From Eledone cirrhosa (Eukaryota), in contig OZ024740.1 of the NCBI GenBank assembly GCA_964016885.1, positions 288,362,001 through 288,426,000 on the forward strand: a DNA stretch of 64,000 bases. The letters run 5' to 3'. Under the pieces are notes generated by a model. It saw nothing but the letters and a program-made list of their open reading frames with translations. It was not told the origin of the DNA and made no database searches. A program made the translations under genes and the position numbers. This document shows, piece after piece, positions 1 through 12,949 of the stretch. Positions within the stretch are counted from its first letter, which is position 1. Each line of letters starts with the position of its first letter.

Positions 1-5
1 GACAT

Positions 6-74
6 CTCTGTCTGACGACCGATCCAGACGTATATTATTTATTGCCTAGGATCCAGAAACCTTTGGTAATGGAG
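6..74 (+). ncRNA. Type-I hammerhead ribozyme motif (Penelope/retrozyme-like)
   Basis: Stem I ctctgt/atggag, CTGACGA at 12-18, stem II gatcc..ggatc with long loop, GAAA at 56-59, stem III cc-ttt-gg, GTA cleavage triplet; followed by (TA)n. Confidence 0.65.
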
Positions 75-101
75 TAGTTATATTTTGTGTTGTTCACTTT
101 C

Positions 102-182
<81 letters not shown>

Positions 183-190
<8 letters not shown>

Positions 191-333
191 TAAAATAACA
201 AATTAAATTTTAAGCAAAGAATCGCTGCTTTCACCCTTAACGGGATCTTCTGAAACTCAGTTTCAGAAGATCCCGTTAAGAGTGAAAGCAGCGATTCTTT
301 GCTTAAAATTTAATCTGTTATTTTAATAAATAT
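183..333. repeat. Near-perfect palindrome (75-bp arms, 1-nt spacer) next to (TA)n; dispersed repeat family
   Basis: Arms 183-257 and 259-333 are reverse complements with 2 mismatches. The arm sequence recurs at ~48745-48804 and the adjacent 332-381 recurs inverted at ~49476-49525. Confidence 0.9.
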
Positions 334-380
334 TTGCTCTACGGTTCTTATATATTTGATATATATTTATCCTTATCGAG

Positions 381-514
<134 letters not shown>

Positions 515-662
515 CAAATTTGGTATACATATTCAAGGGTTTAGAGCACTCTGTTGATAGGACGAGTTAAATATAATTACAAAGTGACATATCAAGTTTC
601 GTTGGGCTATTCACCCCAGCTCATTCAGCTTGACAAAAAATTACAAAATATATATATATGTA

Positions 663-1186
663 TAGTGTACCGCAGCATTCACGGTCCCCGTTATTCGCGG
701 GATTTTCCATAGAAACTAGCTAATAAGTGTTCGTGGAAACCACCGCATATTCGCGGAATTGTAAATATCTTCCGCGATATTTTTATGGCTTTTTTTGTGG
801 CAATATATATTTATTCACGCTTTTTAACGCTAAATTATTAATAACATTATACCATATTTGCCGGCGTGGTTTGGCAGTATCGGTAGAGCGTCAGACACCA
901 TGCTTTGCAGCGTAGAGTTATGGCCCTTTGTGTTCTGAGTTCAAATCTGCCGAGGTTAACTTTGCCTTTCATCCTTACGGGGGTTGATAAAATAAAGTAC
1001 CAGTGATGCACTGGGTTAATCGCTGGCATTGTGCCAAAAGTAGAAACTCTATATTTTACGTTGTTTTGACGTTTATAGGCATTTAAAAATGCCTATAAAC
1101 GTCAAAAGAACGTTCAATATTCGCGGTTTTTCACTCTTCGCGGGTGCTCTAGGAACGTAACCCCCACGCATACCGGGGAACAACTG
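663..1186. mobile_element. Tigger/pogo-like MITE with a nested SINE
   Basis: TA-flanked ends tagtgtaccgc.../...ccggggaacaactg; repeated internal tattcgcgg motifs typical of TcMar-Tigger MITEs. Confidence 0.6.
862..1049 (+). mobile_element. tRNA-derived SINE family A (~190 bp; Meta-domain-like core gcctttcatccttacggggtcgataaaataaagtacc)
   Basis: A box tggcagtatcggta, B box gagttcaaatc, conserved core, end ccttgtgccaaaagtagaaac; more than 20 copies in the window. Confidence 0.9.
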
Positions 1187-1261
1187 TATATATATATATA
1201 TATATATATAAATCAGGAAAGAAGGTTGACATGGTTTGCTATACAAAAAAGGTTTAATCAC

Positions 1262-1372
1262 ATAGCTTACATTTGTTTCACTGAGCTGGTAGGTCTAGAG
1301 ATCGCTATTCGCTTATTTTCGCGTTACTCGATCGCCAATACAAAATTATAACCAGTCAGATCTTCGGAGCAT
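1262..1372 (-). ncRNA. Degenerate hammerhead motif with long stem II
   Basis: Minus strand: gct-CCGAAGA-(ctga-ctggt...accag-c-tcag)-GAAA-caaatg-TA-agc; one core substitution and a short stem I. Confidence 0.4.
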
Positions 1373-1646
1373 GCGAGAATGAAGAAAATACACAGGCAAG
1401 AAAAGAATATACAGGCTACTATATGAAGTAGTAATGGCATTCAATTAGAACAATAACAACAATTACAACAATGCTATTAATAAATTATTTAAGGAGACCC
1501 TAACATTACTTAGGTGGGGGGTATATAATGTATCTAACGTTACGGCGTGTAAAACTAGCTGTCATGAGGCAAAAGAAAGCGTTTGGCATGTAACCATAAC
1601 TGGACTTTACCTAGGTGGACTGCATTTAACTATTATTTGTTACCCC

Positions 1647-1692
<46 letters not shown>

Positions 1693-2037
1693 AAATAATA
1701 ATCACCACACCACGGTGGTCTATGATGTTTGTAATACTACGATGACTGGAAATTTACGAATTGGATTTAATTGTCTTTCGACAATCTTCATGTGGATAAA
1801 ATTACATTAGAGTTGTTTTAAATATCTGACTGCCTTTTACTGCTGTATTATCAACTCATATAATCTACCTTATATATATATAAAAGAAAATTAGGTTTTT
1901 TTTTTAAATGAAAAAAAAACGAGTGAAAGTATAAGAAAAAAAGATGAAATTGAAAATGCAACTGGAGTCTTTTTAAGAATATTTATTTGTTTTCTTTACC
2001 GGTTTCACAGTTCTTATGCTTTTCATATATATATATA

Positions 2038-2118
2038 TGGTGTAATGGTAGCTCAGTGGTCTGGATAACCAAAGATGTGGGTTCGACTCCCATGTACGTC
2101 AATACTCATCTTTTTTTT
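2038..2118 (+). other. tRNA-like Pol III head (pseudo-tRNA or SINE head) with oligo-T
   Basis: tggtgtaatggta (A box), ggttcgactccc (B box), T8 downstream; no complete cloverleaf. Confidence 0.5.
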
Positions 2119-2801
2119 CATTTATGTGAGCGTTCTAAACCCTCTTATCAGACTAAAATTTCTTTAGTCAAAAATACGATTTAAGCTATTCCATTTTCTA
2201 ATTTCAAACCTGCTCACTGTTTCAAAACATACTTACTTGTCATATATATATATATATAATTATGCATGAAGCAAATCATTCATTGAAGTAAATACCAAAT
2301 ATGGCGTCTTATTAAATGTGAACAAACGCTTTGACCGTGAATTGTTGGTCTGTATGGTAAGACAATATGTTGAAGTATTTGCTTATAAATGTTGATTTTG
2401 ATAAATCCCAATAAGGGACGAACCGATTGTAAATCAATATTTAATGTAAAACCGTATTTGGTAATTACTTTAATGAATAATTTGCTTCGTGCGTAATTAT
2501 TATTTTTAACACAATAGGATTTTGTACACATACTTGTCTGAAAAATCTTTCAAGGAAGTATGAAACAGCATTTCGTACTGGTTATTATAATAAATTACCG
2601 TATGTTGAGCTGTTTTAACTTTTCCACCTACTTCTTTTCAGTTTTATGTTGTTTTTGTAAAAAACGATTTTTTTTTTCATGTATATATATTGAGTACTCA
2701 TTCTCACATCTGTCAATACTGTCAATATCGTACGTATATACATACACACACAGGTATATATATATACTGAAAATTGCAAACTTGACTGTCACCACTGAAT
2801 A

Positions 2802-2840
2802 TGAACCTGAAGATTGCGAAAGCATGAAAGTACTTGTTCA
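2802..2840 (+). ncRNA. Minimal type-I hammerhead ribozyme (39 nt)
   Basis: tgaac-CTGAAGA-t(tgc gaaa gca)t-GAAA-gtac-TT-gttca; palindromic stem III region as in Penelope-type minimal hammerheads. Confidence 0.75.
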
Positions 2841-3076
2841 ATTAACATTTAACATTTAATATTCTACCATACTATTTCATTATAATATCATTATAAATTT
2901 TAAAGGATTGTAAATAAAACGAGTAAATCAGACAAAGTTGGAATTCCTTTTATTAATATAATCTTCTATACACAATCATACACACCCGTGTATATTTATT
3001 TATATATACTGTATATATCTATATATATATATATATATATATTCTCACGTCTGTCAATAATGTCAATATCGCATGG

Positions 3077-3224
<148 letters not shown>

Positions 3225-3674
3225 CGGCTGGAACATGTAAAAGAGTAACAGCCGGATGGCAGGAGCAGGTAAAAGAGTAAAAGAGTATATCGATACCCAA
3301 TTTATCGATGAGAACAAACGTCCTATGATGAGTTATTAGGGGGAAGTACTGCCGGAAATAAACAATATAACTTATTCAGACAACAGGGTTTTCACCCCAC
3401 AAGTTATTTTATTGTTTACTCATTCATTTGTCCATTAATTTATACATGTTATACATTCATTGCTTTCCTTGTAGTTCCGTATAACTGCATCGTCCTACTA
3501 TCCCACACCACATATATGTGTATGTGTATGTGTGTGTGCGGGCGCGTTCTTATTCATTTTCTGCTGATTTATCTACACACACAAGCATATAATATATATA
3601 TATATATATATGTGTGTGTGTATGCGTGTGTGTATGTGTGTGTATGTGTGTTAGTGTGTGTGTGTATGTGTGTT

Positions 3675-3706
<32 letters not shown>

Positions 3707-3786
3707 TAATAACAAAAATAACAAAACAAACGGCACAGTACATGGAAGAAATATATTAGTTTAACGCTTGAAATAGCGGGAAGGGA

Positions 3787-3824
3787 GTCTTAGCGTTTCG
3801 GACACTAGTCTTTCATCAGAAGAC
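3787..3824 (-). ncRNA. Minimal hammerhead-like motif lacking a proper helix III
   Basis: Minus strand: gtctt-CTGATGA-aa(gac tagt gtc)c-GAAA-cgct-aagac. Confidence 0.6.
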
Positions 3825-3911
3825 AGAGTTAGAAATAGAAGATAAATAGAAAGTAAAGAGTGATGAGAGGAAGGTATGGGGAAATGAGAAGAAAAAAATT
3901 GGCGAGTAAAA

Positions 3912-3991
3912 AAACGTACATGTGAGTATTCAGTCGGCCATCATATATATATATATATATATATGATGGCCGACTGAATACTCACATGTAC

Positions 3992-3995
<4 letters not shown>
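3912..3995. repeat. Perfect palindrome centred on a (TA)n tract
   Basis: aaacgtacatgtgagtattcagtcggccatc-(at)n-gatggccgactgaatactcacatgtacgttt. Confidence 0.95.
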
Positions 3996-4089
<94 letters not shown>

Positions 4090-4178
4090 TATTAGTATTG
4101 GTGCTCTGAAATAGCGATGTATACATGAATGTATGTATAGTATATTCGGCAATATACTGTATGTTTAATTAAAATATA

Positions 4179-4538
4179 CTAGCTGACGTACCCAGCTTCG
4201 CCCGGGTAAACAGATGATAAGAGAAGACAGGTAAAAGAGAAAATGACTGTATTGGATGTTTGTCTGATTGCAGTATGAGGCGAGCCGTGGTGTCTGTGTG
4301 ATACAAAAAAACAGTAAAAAAAATATTCCAGATATACCAGATTCTTCGTTGTACCGTTTGTGCATAGTATATGAACAATTCTAGGTGCTCCCACCTAGAA
4401 TAGTGACCTCTAGGAGATGGTGCATCTTCTGCCTGACTGTAAAACGTGTATCATTGCATAGACGTGGTTGTTCAACGTTTCTCAAAAGGATGATGGAATT
4501 TCCAATCTTTTATATTATATGTAGATATAGATATAGAT
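4179..4538 (-). mobile_element. Non-autonomous Helitron
   Basis: Minus strand starts tctatatctatatc and ends with hairpin tacccgggcgaagctgggta plus CTAG before T; the same 3' end occurs at 7765-7810. Confidence 0.7.
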
Positions 4539-5056
4539 AATTAATATAAAAGATGTCTGTCAATGTAAAAAAAGGTCCCTATTTACTCCCTTCACAACTC
4601 TGTGTATGTTAGACTGACAGACAGGCACACAGACAGATAAACTGCGTTGCGATTGTGGGATGCCGCACGTACACACACATGCACGCATGGAAACGCGCAC
4701 ACGCACGCAATCTTACACACACGCACACACTCACACATGTTGATAGTTTTTACTTTCTGTGGAACGCTGCACGCACGCACACACACATAAACATACGCGA
4801 ACGTACATACACACGCACACATGTTAATAGTTATTGCTTTCCTTCTCCTCTTATTTCCACACACATGTCTCTACATTGACATATATACATAGTGTATCCA
4901 AACACAGCGTTCACTTTGCCTCTCTCTCCCCTCTCACTCCCTCATTGGCATTATGCATATTAATTTAAGTTTGGCGCCGTTGGGGTGGAGGAGTCGTTTG
5001 AAACCTATGAACCAATGATAATCGAGAATTATGACGGAATACTGACATTGTTCAAA

Positions 5057-5119
<63 letters not shown>

Positions 5120-5122
<3 letters not shown>

Positions 5123-5872
5123 AATGAATATATGATAGGGATAAACACTGATACAGGTATACATGTGTTTGCATTGCAAATGACCAAGTTAGCTAGATTG
5201 AAAAATATTAATTAAAATAATACGGTTTGCCTGTCTCGATTTAAAATAATAAATCAATAAAAACAAACCTATATTGGCAATAGCCGTGATACCTGGACAA
5301 ATTTAAATTTTAAATTTTAAATTTGTTTCGCAACAATTGTAAAAGACTATTTGAGTTTATAACTCTATATATAATATTCTCGGCTCCATGCGTTGAGCTA
5401 ATTTTAGTCCCATAAAACCGGCTGCTATTTTTAGCGGCACGAGTATAGGACGAGCTAGACGCTTGGTTACATGTGCGTTCAACAACACATTACTCTCAGT
5501 CGTCTTAAGTATTTTGAAGTGAAACTTACCAATTTCTGGATACCTGCAGAAGAGCACAGGAATAGGAAATTTCACTTAATTGTTGCGAAACAAATTTAAA
5601 ATTTAAAATTTAAATTTGTCCAGGTATCACGGCTATTGCCAATATAGATTTGTTTTTATTGATTTATTATTTTAAATCGAGACAGGAAAACCGTATTATT
5701 TTAATTAGTATTTTTCAATCTAGCTAACTTGGTCATTTGCAATGCAAACACATGTATACCTGTATCAGTGTTTATCCCTATCATATATTCATTTGTATTA
5801 CACGGCTCAGAAATGTCCCTTTCTTTGAGCTATTTAATTGTAAAAGACTATTTGAGTTTATAACTCTATATA
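5120..5872 (+). mobile_element. Non-coding Penelope/retrozyme-like unit (~500-bp monomer with terminal redundancy, preceded by an inverted partial copy)
   Basis: 5120-5338 is the reverse complement of 5578-5796; direct repeat 5335-5372/5836-5872; hammerhead fold at 5539-5628; (TA)n on both sides. Confidence 0.7.
5539..5628 (+). ncRNA. Type-I hammerhead ribozyme motif (core CAGAAGA variant)
   Basis: gatacctg-CAGAAGA-gca...tgc-GAAA-caaattt...aaatttg-TC-caggtatc; 8-bp stem I, long stem III, GUC site. Confidence 0.7.
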
Positions 5873-5879
5873 TATATAT

Positions 5880-6168
5880 AAAAGAAAATTTTGCTCTACA
5901 AGGCTGAATACAATAAATGTAATCTGAGTTTTTCGAATATTAATAACATTCGATTCGTTTGCAATTATGCAAACAAGCCTCAATTTTATAGCCATGTCAG
6001 TAGAATGAACACTTCATTCTTGCTCTTGTGATGGCATGCGAACAGAACGCCAACACAAGAGCAAGAATGAAGTGTTCATTCTACTGACATGGCTATAACA
6101 TTGAGGCTTGTTTGCATAATTGCAAACGAATCGAATGTTATTAATATTCGAAAAACTCAGATTACATT

Positions 6169-6172
<4 letters not shown>
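5880..6172. mobile_element. Fold-back copy of hammerhead-associated family B
   Basis: Arms ~5912-6030 and 6054-6172; homologous to 30785-30860, 33311-33495 and 44381-44700. Confidence 0.75.
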
Positions 6173-6208
<36 letters not shown>

Positions 6209-6461
6209 GCGCCAGTTTACTCAGCTGTAGAAATCAATTGCTACGTTATTGATGCCCAATTGTATCAACCTTTGCCTTTCCCTTGGACAACATCGGTGGC
6301 CTAGAGAGGGGAGACGTCATGCATGGCCAACTGCTGGTCTTCCACAAACAACCTTGCCCAGACTTGTTCCACGGAGGGAAAATTTCTAAGTGCAAACCCT
6401 ATGGTCATTCGTGACCGAAGGGAATTTTTACCCTTATATATATATATATATATATACATAC

Positions 6462-6561
<100 letters not shown>

Positions 6562-6897
6562 AAATGTATAGGTCTGTAGCTTCTGATCAAGCCGTTGGGT
6601 ATCTTCTTTAAAACTTGAACGAGATAATGTGTTATTCTGACTCCATCAAAGCTGAATATAATCTTCGTGGTGTTATATTCCTTAGTTTACAACAACACTA
6701 GAAATATATATATTTCTATTCTGAACTAATTTATTCAAATATTCCGTAGTATGTTATTAAATTTTTTCTCGCGTTTAAATTATCCCAGTGATATTGGTTT
6801 TAGAGCAGAGCCACTATTTAAGATCACCTGTGCACACACTTACACACTCGCATACTTTTGCATTTAAACATGCATATACACACACACACACACACAC

Positions 6898-6982
<85 letters not shown>

Positions 6983-7519
6983 ATATACTCATACGTTCAC
7001 ATACACACGCATGCATGTACACAATTAAACCCTTTAGGAACTACAAAGAGAAAAGATTTAACGTGTCATTTCAATGGCAAACCGTTTCTATAGATCAGTA
7101 TTTCATACAAAACTAGATATATGAAACAATTGTTGCCTGCATTAACATTTATAGGTCACTTGATCTAGTAAAACAAGCGTGTACTGTGAATTAACTGCCA
7201 AGATTGTCAATGTAAAGTGATTATATACATAATAAGTGCCAATTTGAAGCTGGCTATTGGCAAGATCCGAACCATATATCTATCATTTATCTGGCGTAAA
7301 TACATTTTTAAAAATGTAAGCACAAGACAAGAAATTCGAGATGGGAGTCGATTAAATCGACCCCATTATATCACTGGTACTTTATTTTATCGATCCCGGA
7401 AGGATGAAAGGTAAAGTTCACCAGGACGAGAATTGAATTCAAAACGCCATGTGCCAATTAAATATAGCCAAGAATTTCGTCAAGCGCTCTAACTATTCTG
7501 CCAATCTACCACTCAATCT

Positions 7520-7810
7520 CTCTCTATATAACATTCTTTGTCTCTCTCTGTCTGTCTTTCTTTTCCTTACGCTCTCCAAAACGGCTCGACCAAATCAAAT
7601 CAAATTTTACAAGGAGGTAACAACATATAATTTTTTATTTTCATTTGAATTAAATCAATATAACACTTTATCTAAAATAATCTACTATAGACAACTATAA
7701 GTAAACGGATATTTTATAACACGACGACGTCACATTTTGTATATGAGTATGTATGTATCTGTCTACTCTTATCATCTGTTTACCCGGGCCAAGCTGGGTA
7801 CGTCAGCTAG
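7520..7810 (+). mobile_element. Non-autonomous Helitron 3' part (5' boundary uncertain)
   Basis: Terminal hairpin tacccgggccaagctgggta then CTAG|T. Confidence 0.55.
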
Positions 7811-8479
7811 TGTTATATAAAATGAATTCAAGTTTATAAATTGAGATGGAAGAGGATTGGCAGGCGTTCTGAAATGTAACCTGGAATACGGTGGTGGTGA
7901 GTGACTGATTGATTGACTTACTTCCATCGAGTGTTGAAAGATATACTCTTCACCTGTACCGATTTGCTATTGTGTAAAGCGATGTAGAATGACATGTCTA
8001 GGCTGATGGGATCGGCTGATAAGAATAAGCTTAGCTAGCTTTATTGGATGGGTCAGCACTGAGACAGTTAGCTGACTTGAAATATGAGAGAGAGAGGGTG
8101 GGGATAGTGTTACATAGTAAGATAATGTGCGATGGTGGCTTGATTACGTAGAAGTTAAATGAACTGATGAAAGAAGAGACTACGATGGCTGAGTGACTAT
8201 TGGCTTTGGAACCAACAAAGAGGATAAGACTGAGATCTTTGAATTTGTTTTTGACGTATTTCTGGCACTAGACAGTGTTAATCCCCTAACCTACTCCCGA
8301 GCTTTCCGTTCTTTTTTTTTTAGTTTTTTTTTTTTTAAGTAACAAAGTTGATGAATTTTTTTTTGTTCTTTTTGTTATTTTTTTTGTTTTTTGTTTCTTC
8401 CTTTGGCTTTTTTGCTGATGTTTTTACTGCCAACGTATGAACACAATTCAAATGAGAGTCGTCGTCTCGATCGACCAAC

Positions 8480-8995
<516 letters not shown>

Positions 8996-9554
8996 GTATA
9001 AAAGTTTAAAACAACTTGCCTTTCTTTCCATTTTGAAAAACATGATCAATATACATGTAATACGTTGAGAACAAAGGAAGACTAAAGTAGACGACATCTC
9101 TTCAGATACAAAAGACGCATTGTTAGTAGAATGTAAGTAGATAAGAGAAAATGGAGAAATGTATATTGTAACTGCTACTACTGTTATCGTTGTAGTTCTT
9201 ATTAATGTTATTGTGCACATAAATTTGTTAATTCATTATGTATACATGGATATATGTGTGTCTGTGTTTGAGTGTGTGTGTGACCATATGTGTGTAACAA
9301 TACAACATGGATGTTCACATGTCATTCCATCATTTCACTTAGGGTTAGGTTATTTGTCGGGTATTGTAAAGGTTTAATTGTCCTTATGATAATTAGAAAT
9401 ATAATAATGATTTCTTACATTTGCCATAAGGGCGTTTTTATTTAATAATAATTGTTTCTACTTTAGGCACAAGGCCAGCAATGTGCCTAAAGTAGAAACA
9501 ATTATTATTAAATAAAAGCGCCCTTTTATTTAATAATAATGAATAACATTATTA

Positions 9555-10124
<570 letters not shown>

Positions 10125-10399
10125 TATTAGGAAATGAGAAAGAAGAGATCAGTGGTTTGGTCTCACAAAACCAAAGGTTTGGCAGTGCCAAGACCAACAA
10201 AAATCAAAAAGGTGTGGCCAACATACAAGTCAGCTAATAAACCAACAAGAACCACAAAATCAACAACAAAAAGAGCCACTAGAACAACAATTGCTGCAAC
10301 AAAAACAACAGTAACAATAAAAGCAGAAGCAATACCCACAGTAACATCTACGTGCTGATGTACTCCTCAACTATACTGTTTCTTGAAAGAGATCGAGAA

Positions 10400-10830
10400 C
10401 TTGATGGTACACGTCTCCCACAGATTGGCTCTTCGACCTAGTTGCAGTTCTGGGTCAAATGCAATTTAAAGTTGAACACATGACGCTTAATGCGGTCAGT
10501 GGATACTTGTGAACCTTCGCATTCTATAAAGGATTAGTGGAAGGTATGTGCGCGGATATAAGCTGACTAAATTTGTTAAAAGTTGGATAAGAGTGACGAG
10601 TAAATGGGCGTACTCTCAACATGCGCGTGTCGATCGGAGAACACAGCTGGGAGTGGAACCTACCCTTGTGAGTGAGGGTAATCCGAATTCTATAGGGTTC
10701 TTTGATCGGCCTCAAGTGGATGTTTCTCTTTGGGGACTTTTCGTGTTTGAATTTCTGTGTTTTATGCTTGTTTTTCATACTCGATCCAAACCATCAAAGC
10801 GAACCCTTTAGTCCCCATAAACAATTTAAT
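10400..10830 (+). mobile_element. Decayed Tx1/L1-like LINE 3' fragment
   Basis: ttctataaaggattagtggaaggtatg matches the reverse complement of 42128-42153 in the Tx1-like relic; similar 3' UTR motifs. Confidence 0.45.
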
Positions 10831-12949
10831 GTAGGGGGTGGGTAACATAGCAGTGTTTGAAGTTCAAAGAATTACAATTCTGGTGGAATGCAAATTGGAT
10901 GAAATATTTAAGTGCAAATTTTCTAGCGTGGATATATAATAGAGATAACGAGACAGTGTTGTACATAAGAGCAGGCAAAATTGTAGTAGCAGCAAAAAAG
11001 ACAAAGCGTGGTTATAGCTAGTTAATGGGCTTCTAATTATAGTGTGTTAATGGGAGAAGCTTTGTTTATGAATAGATGGCCTTTTTTCTCTATGTTGTAT
11101 TGGTGTTACTGTTTAGTCTATGGTCAAAAGTATTCCTCCGGTAACAATCCCATTTTCAGACGAAATGTATTGTATCTATAATTACATTGTCCAATATCTT
11201 TTTAAGAAAGTGGTATGTGATTCGAGCGAGATTTGACATATTTCTAGCAGATCTAGCGACTACGTAGAAGTTTCCTTGTTAGTGTGTAAGAATCAGGGGT
11301 GACAAATAGGAGCAGAAATCATTGCAGCAGCGGTAGAAGAGCTAGAAGGTTGTTACAGGACATTTCTTTAGTTATTAAATATAGTTTGTCAATGGGTAAA
11401 GATTGGTCTATCAATCGTATGGTATTTTTATCTAGATGTAGAAAGTTTTGAATATATGTACATAGTCGCTCCTTTGAATTGCGCTAAGATCAACTTTGAC
11501 TTTTGAGGTCGATAAATAAAGTACCAATCGAGTACTGAAGTCGATTCATCTTCTCTCTCTCTCTCTCTTTTCCCCTCACTTTCTATATCTGGAAGAAACC
11601 AGCTGTGTTCCGACCTGGAGAGGGACAGGCTCCACAAGGTTTTAAAAGACTCAAGATATGGCGTGTATGTCATGACGGCACCTCTACAACTCCATGGCTT
11701 GGAGTAGCTCCTCTGTCCCAGTTATGTGAATAGTACTCAAACTCAGCGTGTGTGCGTGTTTATCAGTGTATGAACGTTTTTCTGTTTATCATGAGTCTTG
11801 CCAGCCTTAATAAATATAATGCACAGTCTCTCAGACATTCTTCTCGGACGTTTTCCGTCTGAAACTTGAAATAGAATGAAATTGTATGATAGAGTTGATT
11901 TAAATGGATGTGTTATGTCCGTATTGCAGAAATGTCAAATTCGTGCCAATCTAGAAATTACAAGCATCAAAACAAAAACAACAACAACAACAACAACAAA
12001 GAATGTGAAACATAAAGCCAATATAATGAGGGTGGGGATGATAGTAATGGTGACGATGGTGATAATAGCAGAGTGAGGAGGAAGAGGATGTCTTTTGAAA
12101 TAAATTTTAAAAGAAGCTTTGGTTTCCAGTACACTATTCGTTAAATATAGGGATTTTTTTGTGTTAATGTCAATTTTCCTCCCTTAGCTTTCACGTCAGT
12201 TTTTATACAATTATCTTCCAAGTATTTTTTTTCTATTAACAGCACTATTGATTCATTGAAGCTTTGGAGTAGTTTTTTAGAATTAACATCCATTAATTAA
12301 ACACCCACTTCCTTTTTTTAAACCCTAGTTAAAGACAACGAGGTAAAAACAGTTTTATTCTCAAACATGAAGATGATATTGCGATATTGCATGTAACCAT
12401 ATGTTTGAACAATTAGCGAGGCTGTCTCAACGTCAGGGTCGGGAAACTTTTAGGTACCAAAGGTGACGTGTGAGGACTTAACAGCCACCAAATACACAAA
12501 CATTTGCCTTGGGCCCAACACCTCACCAACTCCTTAGTGGTCGAATTTCACTATACCATTTTCTTTGTCTTACCTTGCTACATACAACCACACATCTCAT
12601 AATGTTCTTTACACATAACACTTCCCACACTATAAAAACAACCCTACAGGAAATAAGAAGATATCCATCCAGCTCATTTTAAAAACCCGACAATAACACC
12701 GAATTACTACCACAACAATCCCACTCCCCATCCATAAATAAGATACTAATCAGTGTCCCAAGCAGCAAAAATGGGCATTTAAGCCCTTGTTGCCGAATAG
12801 TGCCCCAGTACCCCGCCTAGTCCCCTACATACGCCACCATTAACAGGCAGAAAAAAGGTCGGAACTGTTCAGAGGGCGGCAGCTTTCATACCCTGTCTTG
12901 TTTTGACCTGACATGACGAGCTGCGAATGCACTCTCAATGTGGATATGC

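Noticed and set aside
260-300. cagaaga-tcccgttaagagt-gaaa as a hammerhead in the 183-333 palindrome
   Set aside because: Variant core and no convincing stem I or stem III; left unassigned.
1755-1800. Minus-strand atgaaga-ttgtc gaaa gacaat-taaa as a hammerhead
   Set aside because: Both core boxes are mutated and there is no credible stem I.
2038-2100. Functional tRNA gene
   Set aside because: A/B boxes present but no complete cloverleaf or acceptor stem.
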